From a virus (Duplodnaviria; Caudoviricetes), in IMG/VR virus record IMGVR_UViG_3300030433_001529, positions 1-42,257 of that record: a stretch of DNA of 42,257 nt. One strand, written 5' to 3'. The notes under the pieces are model-generated. The model searched no databases. It was given only the letters and a program-made list of their open reading frames with translations, and was not told the DNA's origin. A program made the position numbers and the translations under genes. This document shows, one piece after another, positions 33,309 through 42,257 of the stretch. Each line of letters begins with the position of its first letter. Position 1 is the stretch's first letter.

Positions 33309-33472
33309 TACTTACCAGGGAAAAGACCGTTACGAATAAATTCGACAGCTTTATCGTCGATATCATTATCGGTAGATTTAGCTAGCTGAGTTAAAAGGTC
33401 AACAATCAGTTCTTTAGTTTGATCTGACTGCAACCAACTAAAAAGAATTGGACGAATAAGTGCAATAATCAT
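33308..33472 (-). CDS. 54-aa protein (MIIALIRPILFSWL...STDNDIDDKAVEFIRNGLFPGK)
   Basis: Hand-translated; ATGA and TAATG coupling on both sides; TDNxIDD motif recalled from cyanopodoviruses. Confidence 0.7.
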   Translation of the reverse strand: MIIALIRPILFSWLQSDQTKELIVDLLTQLAKSTDNDIDDKAVEFIRNGLFPGK

Positions 33473-33690
33473 GATTCAGTAGCAGCGATTGCATCGCGAA
33501 GTGGTTGTAATTCTTCTGAGGTATAACAGTCTTTAGCAACTAAAAGATTGAGAAAAGCAACATTACGATCTAGTCGTTGTTGCTCTGTTTCAGTTAAACT
33601 TTCCTTGGCCAGCAATCTATTGATAAGACTAATAGCGTCGGCTGAGCCAGAAAGCGTCAAAGCATTTACTTGTTCTTCAGTAAAATCCAT
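33469..33690 (-). CDS. Small helical protein after tail fibre (possible fibre assembly factor)
   Basis: 73-aa ORF directly downstream of tail fibre. Confidence 0.55.
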   Translation of the reverse strand: MDFTEEQVNALTLSGSADAISLINRLLAKESLTETEQQRLDRNVAFLNLLVAKDCYTSEELQPLRDAIAATES

Positions 33691-33716
33691 ATTGAATAAA
33701 TTAGTGGATGTATAAA

Positions 33717-36410
33717 TTAAAGGCCAGCGGCATCAAGCCGTGCAGTAAGAGCATCAATCATGACTTGCTGTTCTTTAATGGCATTAACTAAAACCGGTAC
33801 TAATGCTTCACCATTATATCTAAGTTTGTTAGGATCTTCATTGTCGATAATAACGTTAGATTCACCTTCAAGAGCAAGGATATCCTGAGCTTTAAAGCCG
33901 TACCTAACCGGTCCGTTAGCAACGTCAGTGTCTCGGTCAACTTTGAATTGGAAAGAAACTGGGTTTAACTGTTTAACAAAGTCAACACCGTGAGGAACAG
34001 TACCAAAGTTTGTCTTATCCCTTTCGTCAGAAACTACAGTCCACGCAACCTGCACATAAGCGTTAGTCACTGATGTGCTACCGACTACAACCCTATCATC
34101 TTCAGTAGTGACATTAAAGACAGGAGAAAGTGAGCCTGCGCTAGTAGGACCGCCTATTTGAACATTACCGTCGCCTGTAGTTAGGTTCCGTAAAGCTTGA
34201 TAACCTACACCAGTGTTGTAATCTCCAGTAGTACAGCTTCTAAGTGCTTCATAACCCAAACAAGAATTGTAAGAACCAGAAGAAATGACCATACCAGAAC
34301 TAGCACCAAAAAGGCTATTTCGTACAGCAGTGCTAGTCATTCGCATAACATTGCTACCAAAAGTAGCATGTCTATCACCAGTATTATCACCACATGATTT
34401 ATACCCTACGCAAGTCAGGAAGTAAGAACTGACATTCGATTTTCCAGCATCAGACCCAACAGCAGTATTAAAAGAGCCAGTTTGAGTGGAAGATAAAGCA
34501 TCAGCTCCGATAGCTACATTCCAATCAGCAGTAGTATTAGATTGTAGCGCCTGGTATCCTATAGCTACTTGCCTATAGCCATTTGTATTAGACGCAAGAG
34601 CCTTATAGCCAAGTGCAGTGTTATTAATACCAGTAGTATTAGCTTTGCCAGACTCATAACCAATACAGGTATTATCAGCGCCGGTACTAACATTCAAAGC
34701 ATTTTTGCCAATGGCAATACAATGATCACCAGTTGACGTATTTGTAAGAGTGTTTTGACCTATCCCGATACTATCGTCTGCATTGCAATTAAAAAGCGCC
34801 ATCCGACCGATACCGATCATGCCCGAACCAGTAGTAGAGTCTTCGCAGGCATATTGGCCAATAGCAACATTATTTTGACCGCTAGTTAGCTCTTCTCCAG
34901 CACCATCGCCGATGAGAGTATTACCGGCACCAGTGTCAATATTTTTTCCCGAGTCGGCTCCAACTGCGGTATTACCTGTACCAGTTTCAACGGAATATAA
35001 TGAACTCTTTCCAACAGCAGTATTCTCACTGCCAGTAGTGGCTTGGTAGAGAGAGCCCTGACCACATGTTGTGTTGCCAGTACCAGTACCTTCTCCTTCG
35101 CCAACAGAGATACCCGCAATGTATACACCATTAGCGTGGGTTTCTAGTTTTGTTAAACCATTAAAATTTAAACGAACGTTACCATTCGGATTAATTACGG
35201 CAGCTGTTTTAGTACCATCAACATTGTAGAACCAATAAGAACCAGCATTGTAAAACTTGATATCGCCGTTACTATTATTGAATGTTAATTTTAGATCCTC
35301 ATAGGTACCATCGAAGACAATTTTAAAGTCATTGTCATCACCAAAAAGAAGCTCATCGTCATCATTATAATCAACAGAAATACCATCAATATCACCTTGC
35401 AATTCTTGCAAAGCTGCTTGGACGTTAGTTGATGTGAGGTTTCCGCTAGCAGTACTTAGAATATTTGCTGCATCCCCAGGTACGTATGCAGAAACCCATG
35501 CAGATCCGGTATACACCTTCATCACACTAGATGAAATGTTGTAATAAAGGTCACCGGCAGTTAAGGGATCACCATCATTATCAACGGTAGGGTCAGTTGC
35601 TTTAGCACCTAAGTAAGTATCATCAAATTGGTCGAAAGCTGCTAGTACAGAACTTTCAGCAGAAGTACAGGCTAATTGTGCGTTTGATGCGGTAGTTGCA
35701 GAGCTAGCTGCTGCAGTTGCAGAACTAGCTGCGGCAGTTGCTTCGTTTGATGCGTCTACCCAGTAACCATAGGCCGCATTTCTATAAGTTAAAGCATCAA
35801 CTTTAGCAGCACTTGCAATTGCTTGGTTTACAGCTGCATTTTGTGCAGAAGTAGCGGCATTAGTTTCAGATGTTTGTGCTGCAGTTTTAGCAGTTTCAGC
35901 TGCAGTTTGAGCTAGTTGTGCTGCATCTCTAGCGTTTTCTGATGCAGTCACATAACCAGCGTTAGTAGTGATCGCAGCATCTACATAATCTTTCCGTACA
36001 GCATCAGAAGTAGCTGAAGGCGTGGCTAGATTGGTGACGGTATAAAGGTTATTCATATCGATGTCACCAGACATGGTGTCACCGAGGGTGCTTAGCGAAT
36101 TGTTTTCAGTCTCTTGTGACACATAAGAGAGCTGGTCAAAATTTGCATTCAAATCTTCAGCTTTAATAGCTGACCCAGCAAAGAAAGTAGCAGCTCTAGT
36201 ATCATTATCAGTGTCACGATAGATGATAATCTGAACGCCAGATGCAGGTGCTGAGTTAAAGGCTACTGATGTAGCGTTAGCTAGGGAATATGCAGTTGTT
36301 AGAACGCCGTCGAGAGTTACCTTAACGTCGGCCTCTTTTAAATATGGAAATGTGAATGAGTAATTGGTGGTGGAACCATTACCTGTATATGTATTTTGAG
36401 TAGTAGCCAT
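33717..36410 (-). CDS. Tail fibre/spike: T7 gp17-type N-terminal anchor, Ala-rich coil, beta-roll repeats, C-terminal S74 intramolecular chaperone
   Basis: 'YTGNGSTTNYSFTFPYL', repeated 'NTAxG..AL..xxTG' ~14-aa units, 'VSDERDKTN...YGFKAQDI...LVNAIKE'. Confidence 0.92.
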   Translation of the reverse strand: MATTQNTYTGNGSTTNYSFTFPYLKEADVKVTLDGVLTTAYSLANATSVAFNSAPASGVQIIIYRDTDNDTRAATFFAGSAIKAEDLNANFDQLSYVSQETENNSLSTLGDTMSGDIDMNNLYTVTNLATPSATSDAVRKDYVDAAITTNAGYVTASENARDAAQLAQTAAETAKTAAQTSETNAATSAQNAAVNQAIASAAKVDALTYRNAAYGYWVDASNEATAAASSATAAASSATTASNAQLACTSAESSVLAAFDQFDDTYLGAKATDPTVDNDGDPLTAGDLYYNISSSVMKVYTGSAWVSAYVPGDAANILSTASGNLTSTNVQAALQELQGDIDGISVDYNDDDELLFGDDNDFKIVFDGTYEDLKLTFNNSNGDIKFYNAGSYWFYNVDGTKTAAVINPNGNVRLNFNGLTKLETHANGVYIAGISVGEGEGTGTGNTTCGQGSLYQATTGSENTAVGKSSLYSVETGTGNTAVGADSGKNIDTGAGNTLIGDGAGEELTSGQNNVAIGQYACEDSTTGSGMIGIGRMALFNCNADDSIGIGQNTLTNTSTGDHCIAIGKNALNVSTGADNTCIGYESGKANTTGINNTALGYKALASNTNGYRQVAIGYQALQSNTTADWNVAIGADALSSTQTGSFNTAVGSDAGKSNVSSYFLTCVGYKSCGDNTGDRHATFGSNVMRMTSTAVRNSLFGASSGMVISSGSYNSCLGYEALRSCTTGDYNTGVGYQALRNLTTGDGNVQIGGPTSAGSLSPVFNVTTEDDRVVVGSTSVTNAYVQVAWTVVSDERDKTNFGTVPHGVDFVKQLNPVSFQFKVDRDTDVANGPVRYGFKAQDILALEGESNVIIDNEDPNKLRYNGEALVPVLVNAIKEQQVMIDALTARLDAAGL

Positions 36411-36428
36411 AACGCTTTAAAAAATCAA

Positions 36429-39400
36429 TTAACGAGAGAACTCTTTCATTTTCTCTTGGAAGCGCTTGGCTTCTTCGAGCATACCCATTTGTTGGAACGA
36501 ACCAATCACTTCGCTGTAAAGCGTCTTCATTTGTAATTCGTCTTGATTTGGCAGCTTAGCTGCAGCAATATTCATTGCAAGACGAAGTTCTCTGCGAAGA
36601 AGCCTGTGAACCAATTCAAATTCTTTAAGATCAGTATCAATCCCTGCTTTTTGGAATTCTTTGAATTTTTCCCTAAAAGCTTTACCGTCTGTAGAATTCA
36701 TCACTCTTTGGATTCCTTCCTTAAAAAGCTTATCTTCACCCATTTTTTTAGTAATAAGTGAACGTTCTTTGTTGGTCAGTTCAGTACCTCTGCCGTTTGT
36801 CCGAAGAGTAGGGCGGACATCAAACTCAACCATTTGTAAGAATTCTTTTTCGGGACTAATTTTTCCGCTAATTTTCCAAGGCATGTAAGTGTTCCAAACA
36901 CGCGCCATGAAATTATCAGGAATGCCTACTTCACCACCATCAATGTAATCGTATTTGGCAGGAAGCTGGCTTTTCAAGAAAGGAATACGGTTACGTGCTA
37001 CATCAAAAGTTGACATTTCAACTTCTTTCAAACCAGGATCCATAAGACGACCCATTTCTGCCATCAAACTAGAACCAGGCATAGTAGCGCTAGTGATAAA
37101 GCTACCACTCCAACGCTGAAGTTCGCCAACATCACCGCTAATAATAGACAGGAATGGTTGAAGTCCAGCAAGGAAAGTTTTATCAGTCAAAGATGATGAC
37201 AAGACAAAGCCAAGTTTACGGTAGTTTTCAGCAATATCGTTGGGGCCAAGTACATCCATGTTGTCACCAATGTCAGCTATAAGGGCCAACCAGTTAGTGA
37301 TAGGACCAAGGTTGTCATAGCTAATCCATTCACCACCAGGGAGTCGGATAGAACGTGGTTTCCAATCCGCATCACGCCGCAGTTTTTGCTTTTCTTTGTC
37401 GTAAAGACCGTTGCCAGTAAGCCGGTCAGTCATGAAAAGACCCACTGCACCGGTAACTGCAAGAGTGCCAATAGCCTGTCTACCATATAGATCTGCACGA
37501 ATCTCAGAATACTTTTGGTATTTAGCTGCATCGCTCATTTCTGTAAGATCAACCTGCCTTGCAGTTAGGATCTGATCAATTTCATCTGCAGTTAGTTGAC
37601 TAGGCAAAAGCTTAAAGTTTTGAAGCTCTTTCAGGAAAAGACCAACAGGACTATAAGTAGCCATCAACTTAATATCGTTGATAGGCGTTTTGGTGAACAG
37701 AAAGAAAGGTTTGAGAAGAGGTGCCCGTTTGATAAGCTGAGACACAGCATCGTTTGTTGCACTATCAAGGCTCATCGAAAGTTCGCCTGCAGTATATCTG
37801 ACGGCACTGTCTTTAATAAGACCTGTTTCGTCAAACATTTCTTTGTAAGTTTGTTTGTAAACTGAATCAGCTTTACTAGCGTTAAATGCAAGCCTACCGT
37901 TATCGGTAAATTTATCGAATGCACGACCCCTAGCTTCTGCGTGTGCAATCATTGTTTGCGTAAAGCCGTCAAGGGCTTGCATAGCACGGTTACCAAAACG
38001 CAACCAAGGGTGCTTTGCAAGATCATTCATAGCTTCGATCTGCTGCATTGCAACTTGGGGACCAAAGTTCCCTTCTTTTGCCTGTGCATCAGCCGCGGCC
38101 TTAAGAATAGCGATTTGATCGTCATTCTTTACAAACATATTTTCACGAGCCAAACCAGCAACGTCAGCTTCAGTTGCACTACGTTTAAATACTTGACCCA
38201 TATATTTAAATGAATCTTGAAGAACTTCCAAGTTCATTGAATACTGGTACCAAGCACGGCGCATCATTTGCATTTCACCGGTTCGGACTGAACCAATCAT
38301 TGCACCGAGAGGCTTTTCAACCAAACCAGCCATGTTACTAAGACCAGCTTTGATTGGAGTAGCAAACGCGCTAAGAGTAGAGTTATAGACGTTAGACCAG
38401 AATCCCTGCAGAATGACAGAAGGAATTTCAGGGTTACGGTCATAGATAGCTTTACTAATCGTTCCTGTCGATTCTTTCAAAAACCTGTTTAGTTTAGAAA
38501 TAGAGTTGACGTTACCATCAGTAAATTCATACGCCATCAGGAGGGGTGCCAGCATCTCTGGCTTTTCCTTTTGGATTTCTCGCAAAGTGTCTGCAGTATT
38601 TTTTGCGTCAAGTCGAACGGCTTCAATAGTACGAAGAGTTTTGTTTTTCTCTTGACCTAAAAGCTGTTTGACACGTTTGGCGTATTCTTTTTTGTTTTTA
38701 CCTTGACCTACAATGTTAGCAAACAAGTCGCTGGGACGTTTCCACATGTTAGTCATGTTCAACGCGTAACCACGTACGTAATTAGCGCGACCACGCATAG
38801 CCATCAAATACTCAAGACGGTCAATGATCTGTTCAGATGCACGCTCAATAGCAGCAGTCCCTTCGACCATCCGCATACCTTGCGCAGTATCAGACACCTG
38901 ACCTGAAAGAGATTTAGCAATAAGTGCTTCTGCTTTCGCCTGATCAAGACTTGTCAGATCGTTGATGTATTGCTTGGTAAGAATACGGGCTGTTTCCATA
39001 CCTTCAGAACTGAGAGTATCCATTTCCAGTTCACCGACCTTGAGACCTCTTTCTTTGATGTCAAGTTCAAACATGCGCTTCATTTGGTCAAGCGGCATGT
39101 CGTAGTATTCAGCAGCGCCTTGAGCAGCATTTTCAGCAATCTCTTTTGCTGTGTAGATTTTTTTACCGTATTTAAAATCGACTTCTGCTTTTAGTTCTTT
39201 GGCTTTTTCTTTAAAGAATTTTGCTTGATCTTTGTCAAGTTCCAGACCGCGTTTAATGTAGGCTTCAGTACCTACACTACCAACACGTCCATCAATAGTA
39301 CCGATGTTGTTATTGATTCTAAAACTATCGATTGCAGCACTGCTAATACCACCAGCATCATAGCTACGGGTACCAATTTCTTCACGTCCATAGAGATCAT

Positions 39401-40409
39401 GGACACCTAGCATTGGCTCTTTAAGTGCTTCTTCAGCAGTACCTTTAAGTTCAACTGCTTTGTCAAAGTTATACTTTCCAAGATCGTCTAGAGCTTTAGC
39501 ACGTGAACCAGCTGACGCTTCTACAGCTTCTTCAACGGTATTGCTTGCTTCCAGCTCTTTGACGACACGTACAGCTTCTTCATTTTTAGGGATAAATTTA
39601 GTTTCAAACCCACCCAATTTACCAAGCAATTTCAAACCACCTTGCAGGACATCAGTACCAAGTCCTAGGTAGACACCTTCAGTCACGTTCTTTGCCCGTT
39701 TTTGATCGGGTGTATCTGAGTCTAAAGTTGCAAGGTCGTCAGGAATCCAACCATACCACGATGGCCAATTCTTTTTAAGCACACCTGTAAGGTTGTCGTC
39801 TTCTTGGTTAATTTCTACGGTGTAATCGACAAAAGCACCGGCACCGGCTCCCACTGCCATAGTGCCGATATGCTTAAGCATAGGATCTGTTGCTAGGAAT
39901 TTAAACTTTTGAAATTTAGAAGCAACGTTAGCAGCTGCACCACCAACACCGACACCAGAAGCAGTAAGGCCAATTGTAGGTAATACAATAGAGCTAATTT
40001 CCCGAACTGTTTGAACAACATCGTTCTCAAACTTTGGGATTTTAGGTAAATCAACACCTGGAGCAAGGTTAAGTAAATCAACTACAAAGTCAGTTGCTGC
40101 TGTTGGGATGGCAAGGACAGTTTCTGCAGTTAGTTGAGCAACTCCAGGGTCGATGTCATCTTCTTGGAATGCAGGGTAACGTCCATAAAAAAGTTCACGC
40201 TCCCTTTTTTCTTCATTTGTTTGTTCAGGCTCTTCGACCGGTTCAGCCGTAGCTTCCGGGGTTTGAGCCTGTTGGGTTTCTGTAGGTTGTTCAGTTTGTT
40301 GAAGAGTTGGTGTGGTATCTTGAGCGGCTAAACGTTGTTTAGCTTCTTCGATATACTCTTCATCAATTTCAGGCGTACCTGAGTCCAACCCAAAAAGATC
40401 TTCATTCAT
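36429..40409 (-). CDS. Large internal virion (ejection) protein, T7 gp16 position
   Basis: ~1326 aa from ATG 40409; size and position just before the tail fibre. Confidence 0.8.
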   Translation of the reverse strand: MNEDLFGLDSGTPEIDEEYIEEAKQRLAAQDTTPTLQQTEQPTETQQAQTPEATAEPVEEPEQTNEEKRERELFYGRYPAFQEDDIDPGVAQLTAETVLAIPTAATDFVVDLLNLAPGVDLPKIPKFENDVVQTVREISSIVLPTIGLTASGVGVGGAAANVASKFQKFKFLATDPMLKHIGTMAVGAGAGAFVDYTVEINQEDDNLTGVLKKNWPSWYGWIPDDLATLDSDTPDQKRAKNVTEGVYLGLGTDVLQGGLKLLGKLGGFETKFIPKNEEAVRVVKELEASNTVEEAVEASAGSRAKALDDLGKYNFDKAVELKGTAEEALKEPMLGVHDLYGREEIGTRSYDAGGISSAAIDSFRINNNIGTIDGRVGSVGTEAYIKRGLELDKDQAKFFKEKAKELKAEVDFKYGKKIYTAKEIAENAAQGAAEYYDMPLDQMKRMFELDIKERGLKVGELEMDTLSSEGMETARILTKQYINDLTSLDQAKAEALIAKSLSGQVSDTAQGMRMVEGTAAIERASEQIIDRLEYLMAMRGRANYVRGYALNMTNMWKRPSDLFANIVGQGKNKKEYAKRVKQLLGQEKNKTLRTIEAVRLDAKNTADTLREIQKEKPEMLAPLLMAYEFTDGNVNSISKLNRFLKESTGTISKAIYDRNPEIPSVILQGFWSNVYNSTLSAFATPIKAGLSNMAGLVEKPLGAMIGSVRTGEMQMMRRAWYQYSMNLEVLQDSFKYMGQVFKRSATEADVAGLARENMFVKNDDQIAILKAAADAQAKEGNFGPQVAMQQIEAMNDLAKHPWLRFGNRAMQALDGFTQTMIAHAEARGRAFDKFTDNGRLAFNASKADSVYKQTYKEMFDETGLIKDSAVRYTAGELSMSLDSATNDAVSQLIKRAPLLKPFFLFTKTPINDIKLMATYSPVGLFLKELQNFKLLPSQLTADEIDQILTARQVDLTEMSDAAKYQKYSEIRADLYGRQAIGTLAVTGAVGLFMTDRLTGNGLYDKEKQKLRRDADWKPRSIRLPGGEWISYDNLGPITNWLALIADIGDNMDVLGPNDIAENYRKLGFVLSSSLTDKTFLAGLQPFLSIISGDVGELQRWSGSFITSATMPGSSLMAEMGRLMDPGLKEVEMSTFDVARNRIPFLKSQLPAKYDYIDGGEVGIPDNFMARVWNTYMPWKISGKISPEKEFLQMVEFDVRPTLRTNGRGTELTNKERSLITKKMGEDKLFKEGIQRVMNSTDGKAFREKFKEFQKAGIDTDLKEFELVHRLLRRELRLAMNIAAAKLPNQDELQMKTLYSEVIGSFQQMGMLEEAKRFQEKMKEFSR

Positions 40410-42257
40410 TAGGATTAAATCCAATTAAGGAGTTACAATAAGCTGACCATTCTCTCTCAGCTTGCTCGGTATAAGGCAGGCTAGGTCCGGGAGCAACATC
40501 AACAGCAGTTCCCTGTGAATGTGCACTATCGTGGTCGTGTGGTCTAAGGTAAGAACTCACCTTACACTTTGGATCGCTGTCAAAGATTGCCTTAGCCCTG
40601 GCTGCCTGCTCCTGCGTTGCAAATTGATAATGGTTGTGGTAATTATTTCCACCGTGACCACCTACACCACCGCGGGGGTCATATACAATGCGACCGCTAG
40701 TGCGACCTTTAATAGCAGGATCACCGCTTACATATTGGACAACTTCTAGAGAACCACTGTCACCACCAGATCCTTGACCTGTATATTCGATCATGCTGGG
40801 ACGCAGAGGGACGGTGTTACCTGTTTGTTGTAGTTGTACGTTAGCTCTGCTTCTCCGCATTGTTGTAGGGTAGCGGCTTCTAATAGGTTGAAAACGTGCA
40901 GGCTCGAAGTTGCCTAGTGTGTCTAGCTGTTTTTTTGAAAGATTGTTAAAGTTAAAATCTTTACCAATGTGTGGTGCGATTAAGCCTAGAACTTCAAAGG
41001 GAGTTTTACCTGTTTGTTCACCGATATATCTAATAACTGCAGGTGTTTCCCAACCGGGTTGACCAAAAGTATCAATGCTTTTACCGATTTGATCTGCGTC
41101 CATAACATTTTCATTGGTGGCTAGTTGTTCGAACAGGTCTTCACCTTTAAAATCAACAATAAGTGCATCAATGGTATTGACTTGTTTCTTTACCCTTTGA
41201 TCTAATTTTGCATCAGGAGTGAGGGCGCTAGACATACCTTCTTTATAAAAACCCTTTTTATCAAGGTTTTTTGACGATGCTTCAACTTTTTGAAGTACAA
41301 ATCTTTCAGCTTCGTCAAGGGCTTTGTCGTAGGTCATACCTGGCAGCATTTGAAACTCGTTGAACTTTTCATAAAACTGCCTTTCAAAAAAATCTTCAGT
41401 ACGTTGAAGGTTAAAAGTATTGAGTTTTGCCTGAAACGCTACTTGAACTTCTGGCGGTTGCATGAGTGCAGCTTTGATGTTAGTAATAACACCTTTAATC
41501 TTAGGATCTTTTCTAAGCCTATCTTGATTTATGCCGAGATTAACGAAATTTTGGTATTCTTGAGTAGTTCGATAAACACCGTTCCTGGCTATTTCTTCTG
41601 TCAGCATATTTCTGCGACCAAGCTCATTCATGTACTCTTGACTGCGTTCAGCTTGCTGCGCTTCATTGGTAAGGTTTTTGTATTGCTCCAGAGTTTTACT
41701 TGTAAGACCTGGATATTTAGCCTGAAACCGCTTAACAGCTTCTTTATAATCGTCATCGGTTAAACCATCTTGGTCAAGGCCAAGTTCGTTCAAAGTATCA
41801 ATAGAATATTGCTCGGCGTCACGTTGATACCTTTTGTCTTCTAAAGTAATCAACTTGTCTTCAGCTGCATATGCTGTGGCTATGGCTGCATCAATTTTAG
41901 CCATTGCAGTTGTACCTGCAAAAGCTTGTCTAAATGTTTGACCATTGGATCCACCGCCAGGGTAGTCTAAGAATTGCTGAACCTGTTCAACAGAAAAATT
42001 TGGATCCTTCAACCTGTTAGAGAGGTACTCTGCAAGATCATCTCGTTTTTGAGCAGAAGGGTTCTGACTATTGTATTGAATTAGACCTGCAACACCACTC
42101 TTGTTATAGACAACATTGAAGGCACGGATACGGTCTTCTTTAAACTGTGCTTCTTGGACTTGGCGTTTTTCAGTGAGCAGCTTAGTCCTGTAAGCATTCA
42201 TTGTCTTTTGAAGCTGTGTATAGACACCAGCACCTTGCAGCACTTCAGGACGAACCC
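40402..42257 (-). CDS. 3' part of internal virion protein (gp15 position) with C-terminal M15-like peptidase motif
   Basis: Continuation of ORF starting at 859; C-terminal 'SSYLRP...SAHSQGTAVDV'. Confidence 0.85.
   Translation of the reverse strand, partial: VRPEVLQGAGVYTQLQKTMNAYRTKLLTEKRQVQEAQFKEDRIRAFNVVYNKSGVAGLIQYNSQNPSAQKRDDLAEYLSNRLKDPNFSVEQVQQFLDYPGGGSNGQTFRQAFAGTTAMAKIDAAIATAYAAEDKLITLEDKRYQRDAEQYSIDTLNELGLDQDGLTDDDYKEAVKRFQAKYPGLTSKTLEQYKNLTNEAQQAERSQEYMNELGRRNMLTEEIARNGVYRTTQEYQNFVNLGINQDRLRKDPKIKGVITNIKAALMQPPEVQVAFQAKLNTFNLQRTEDFFERQFYEKFNEFQMLPGMTYDKALDEAERFVLQKVEASSKNLDKKGFYKEGMSSALTPDAKLDQRVKKQVNTIDALIVDFKGEDLFEQLATNENVMDADQIGKSIDTFGQPGWETPAVIRYIGEQTGKTPFEVLGLIAPHIGKDFNFNNLSKKQLDTLGNFEPARFQPIRSRYPTTMRRSRANVQLQQTGNTVPLRPSMIEYTGQGSGGDSGSLEVVQYVSGDPAIKGRTSGRIVYDPRGGVGGHGGNNYHNHYQFATQEQAARAKAIFDSDPKCKVSSYLRPHDHDSAHSQGTAVDVAPGPSLPYTEQAEREWSAYCNSLIGFNPNE
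42159..42257. repeat. Terminal direct repeat, copy 2 (assembly overlap)
   Basis: Identical to bases 1-99. Confidence 0.95.

Noticed and set aside
34150-35100. Diversity-generating retroelement or repeat-shuffling in the tail fibre repeats
   Set aside because: Repeats are protein-level beta-roll units with diverged DNA; no reverse transcriptase, invertase or template/variable repeat pair seen
173-41763. Plus-strand ORFs in the track (e.g. 803..1369, 5301..5798, 14446..14907, 41290..41763)
   Set aside because: Antisense shadows of well-supported minus-strand genes with no recognisable motifs

Overview
This is an apparently complete, circularly permuted genome of a T7-like marine cyanophage (Autographiviridae, cyanopodovirus type; Synechococcus-like host inferred from psbA and nblA). 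Bases 1-99 are repeated exactly at 42159-42257. That looks like an assembly overlap, so the unique length is about 42158 bp and one internal virion protein gene spans the join. Essentially all real genes are on the minus strand. From the inferred physical left end (~27.1-27.4 kb) the order is: small early genes (including an Ocr-like acidic protein), RNA polymerase, SSB, endonuclease I, primase-helicase, a split/frameshifted DNA polymerase, LAGLIDADG endonuclease, exonuclease, nblA-like, gp1.7/DUF3310, MazG-like, PAPS-reductase-like, RNR alpha/beta, portal, scaffold, microproteins, outer-membrane beta-barrel, psbA, capsid, tail tubes A/B, three internal virion proteins, tail fibre, membrane proteins, terminase and thyX. 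The main non-annotated signals are: (1) an NtcA box overlapping an extended -10, then a glutamine-II-like riboswitch, a DUF4278-like peptide, a Cys-rich microprotein and a structured leader in front of the capsid gene, which may be a nitrogen-sensing module; (2) three tRNA-top-half mimics between early genes; (3) a DNA polymerase split across two frames; (4) an apparently circularly permuted M15-type peptidase on an ejection protein. All calls come from reading motifs by eye; no searches were run.
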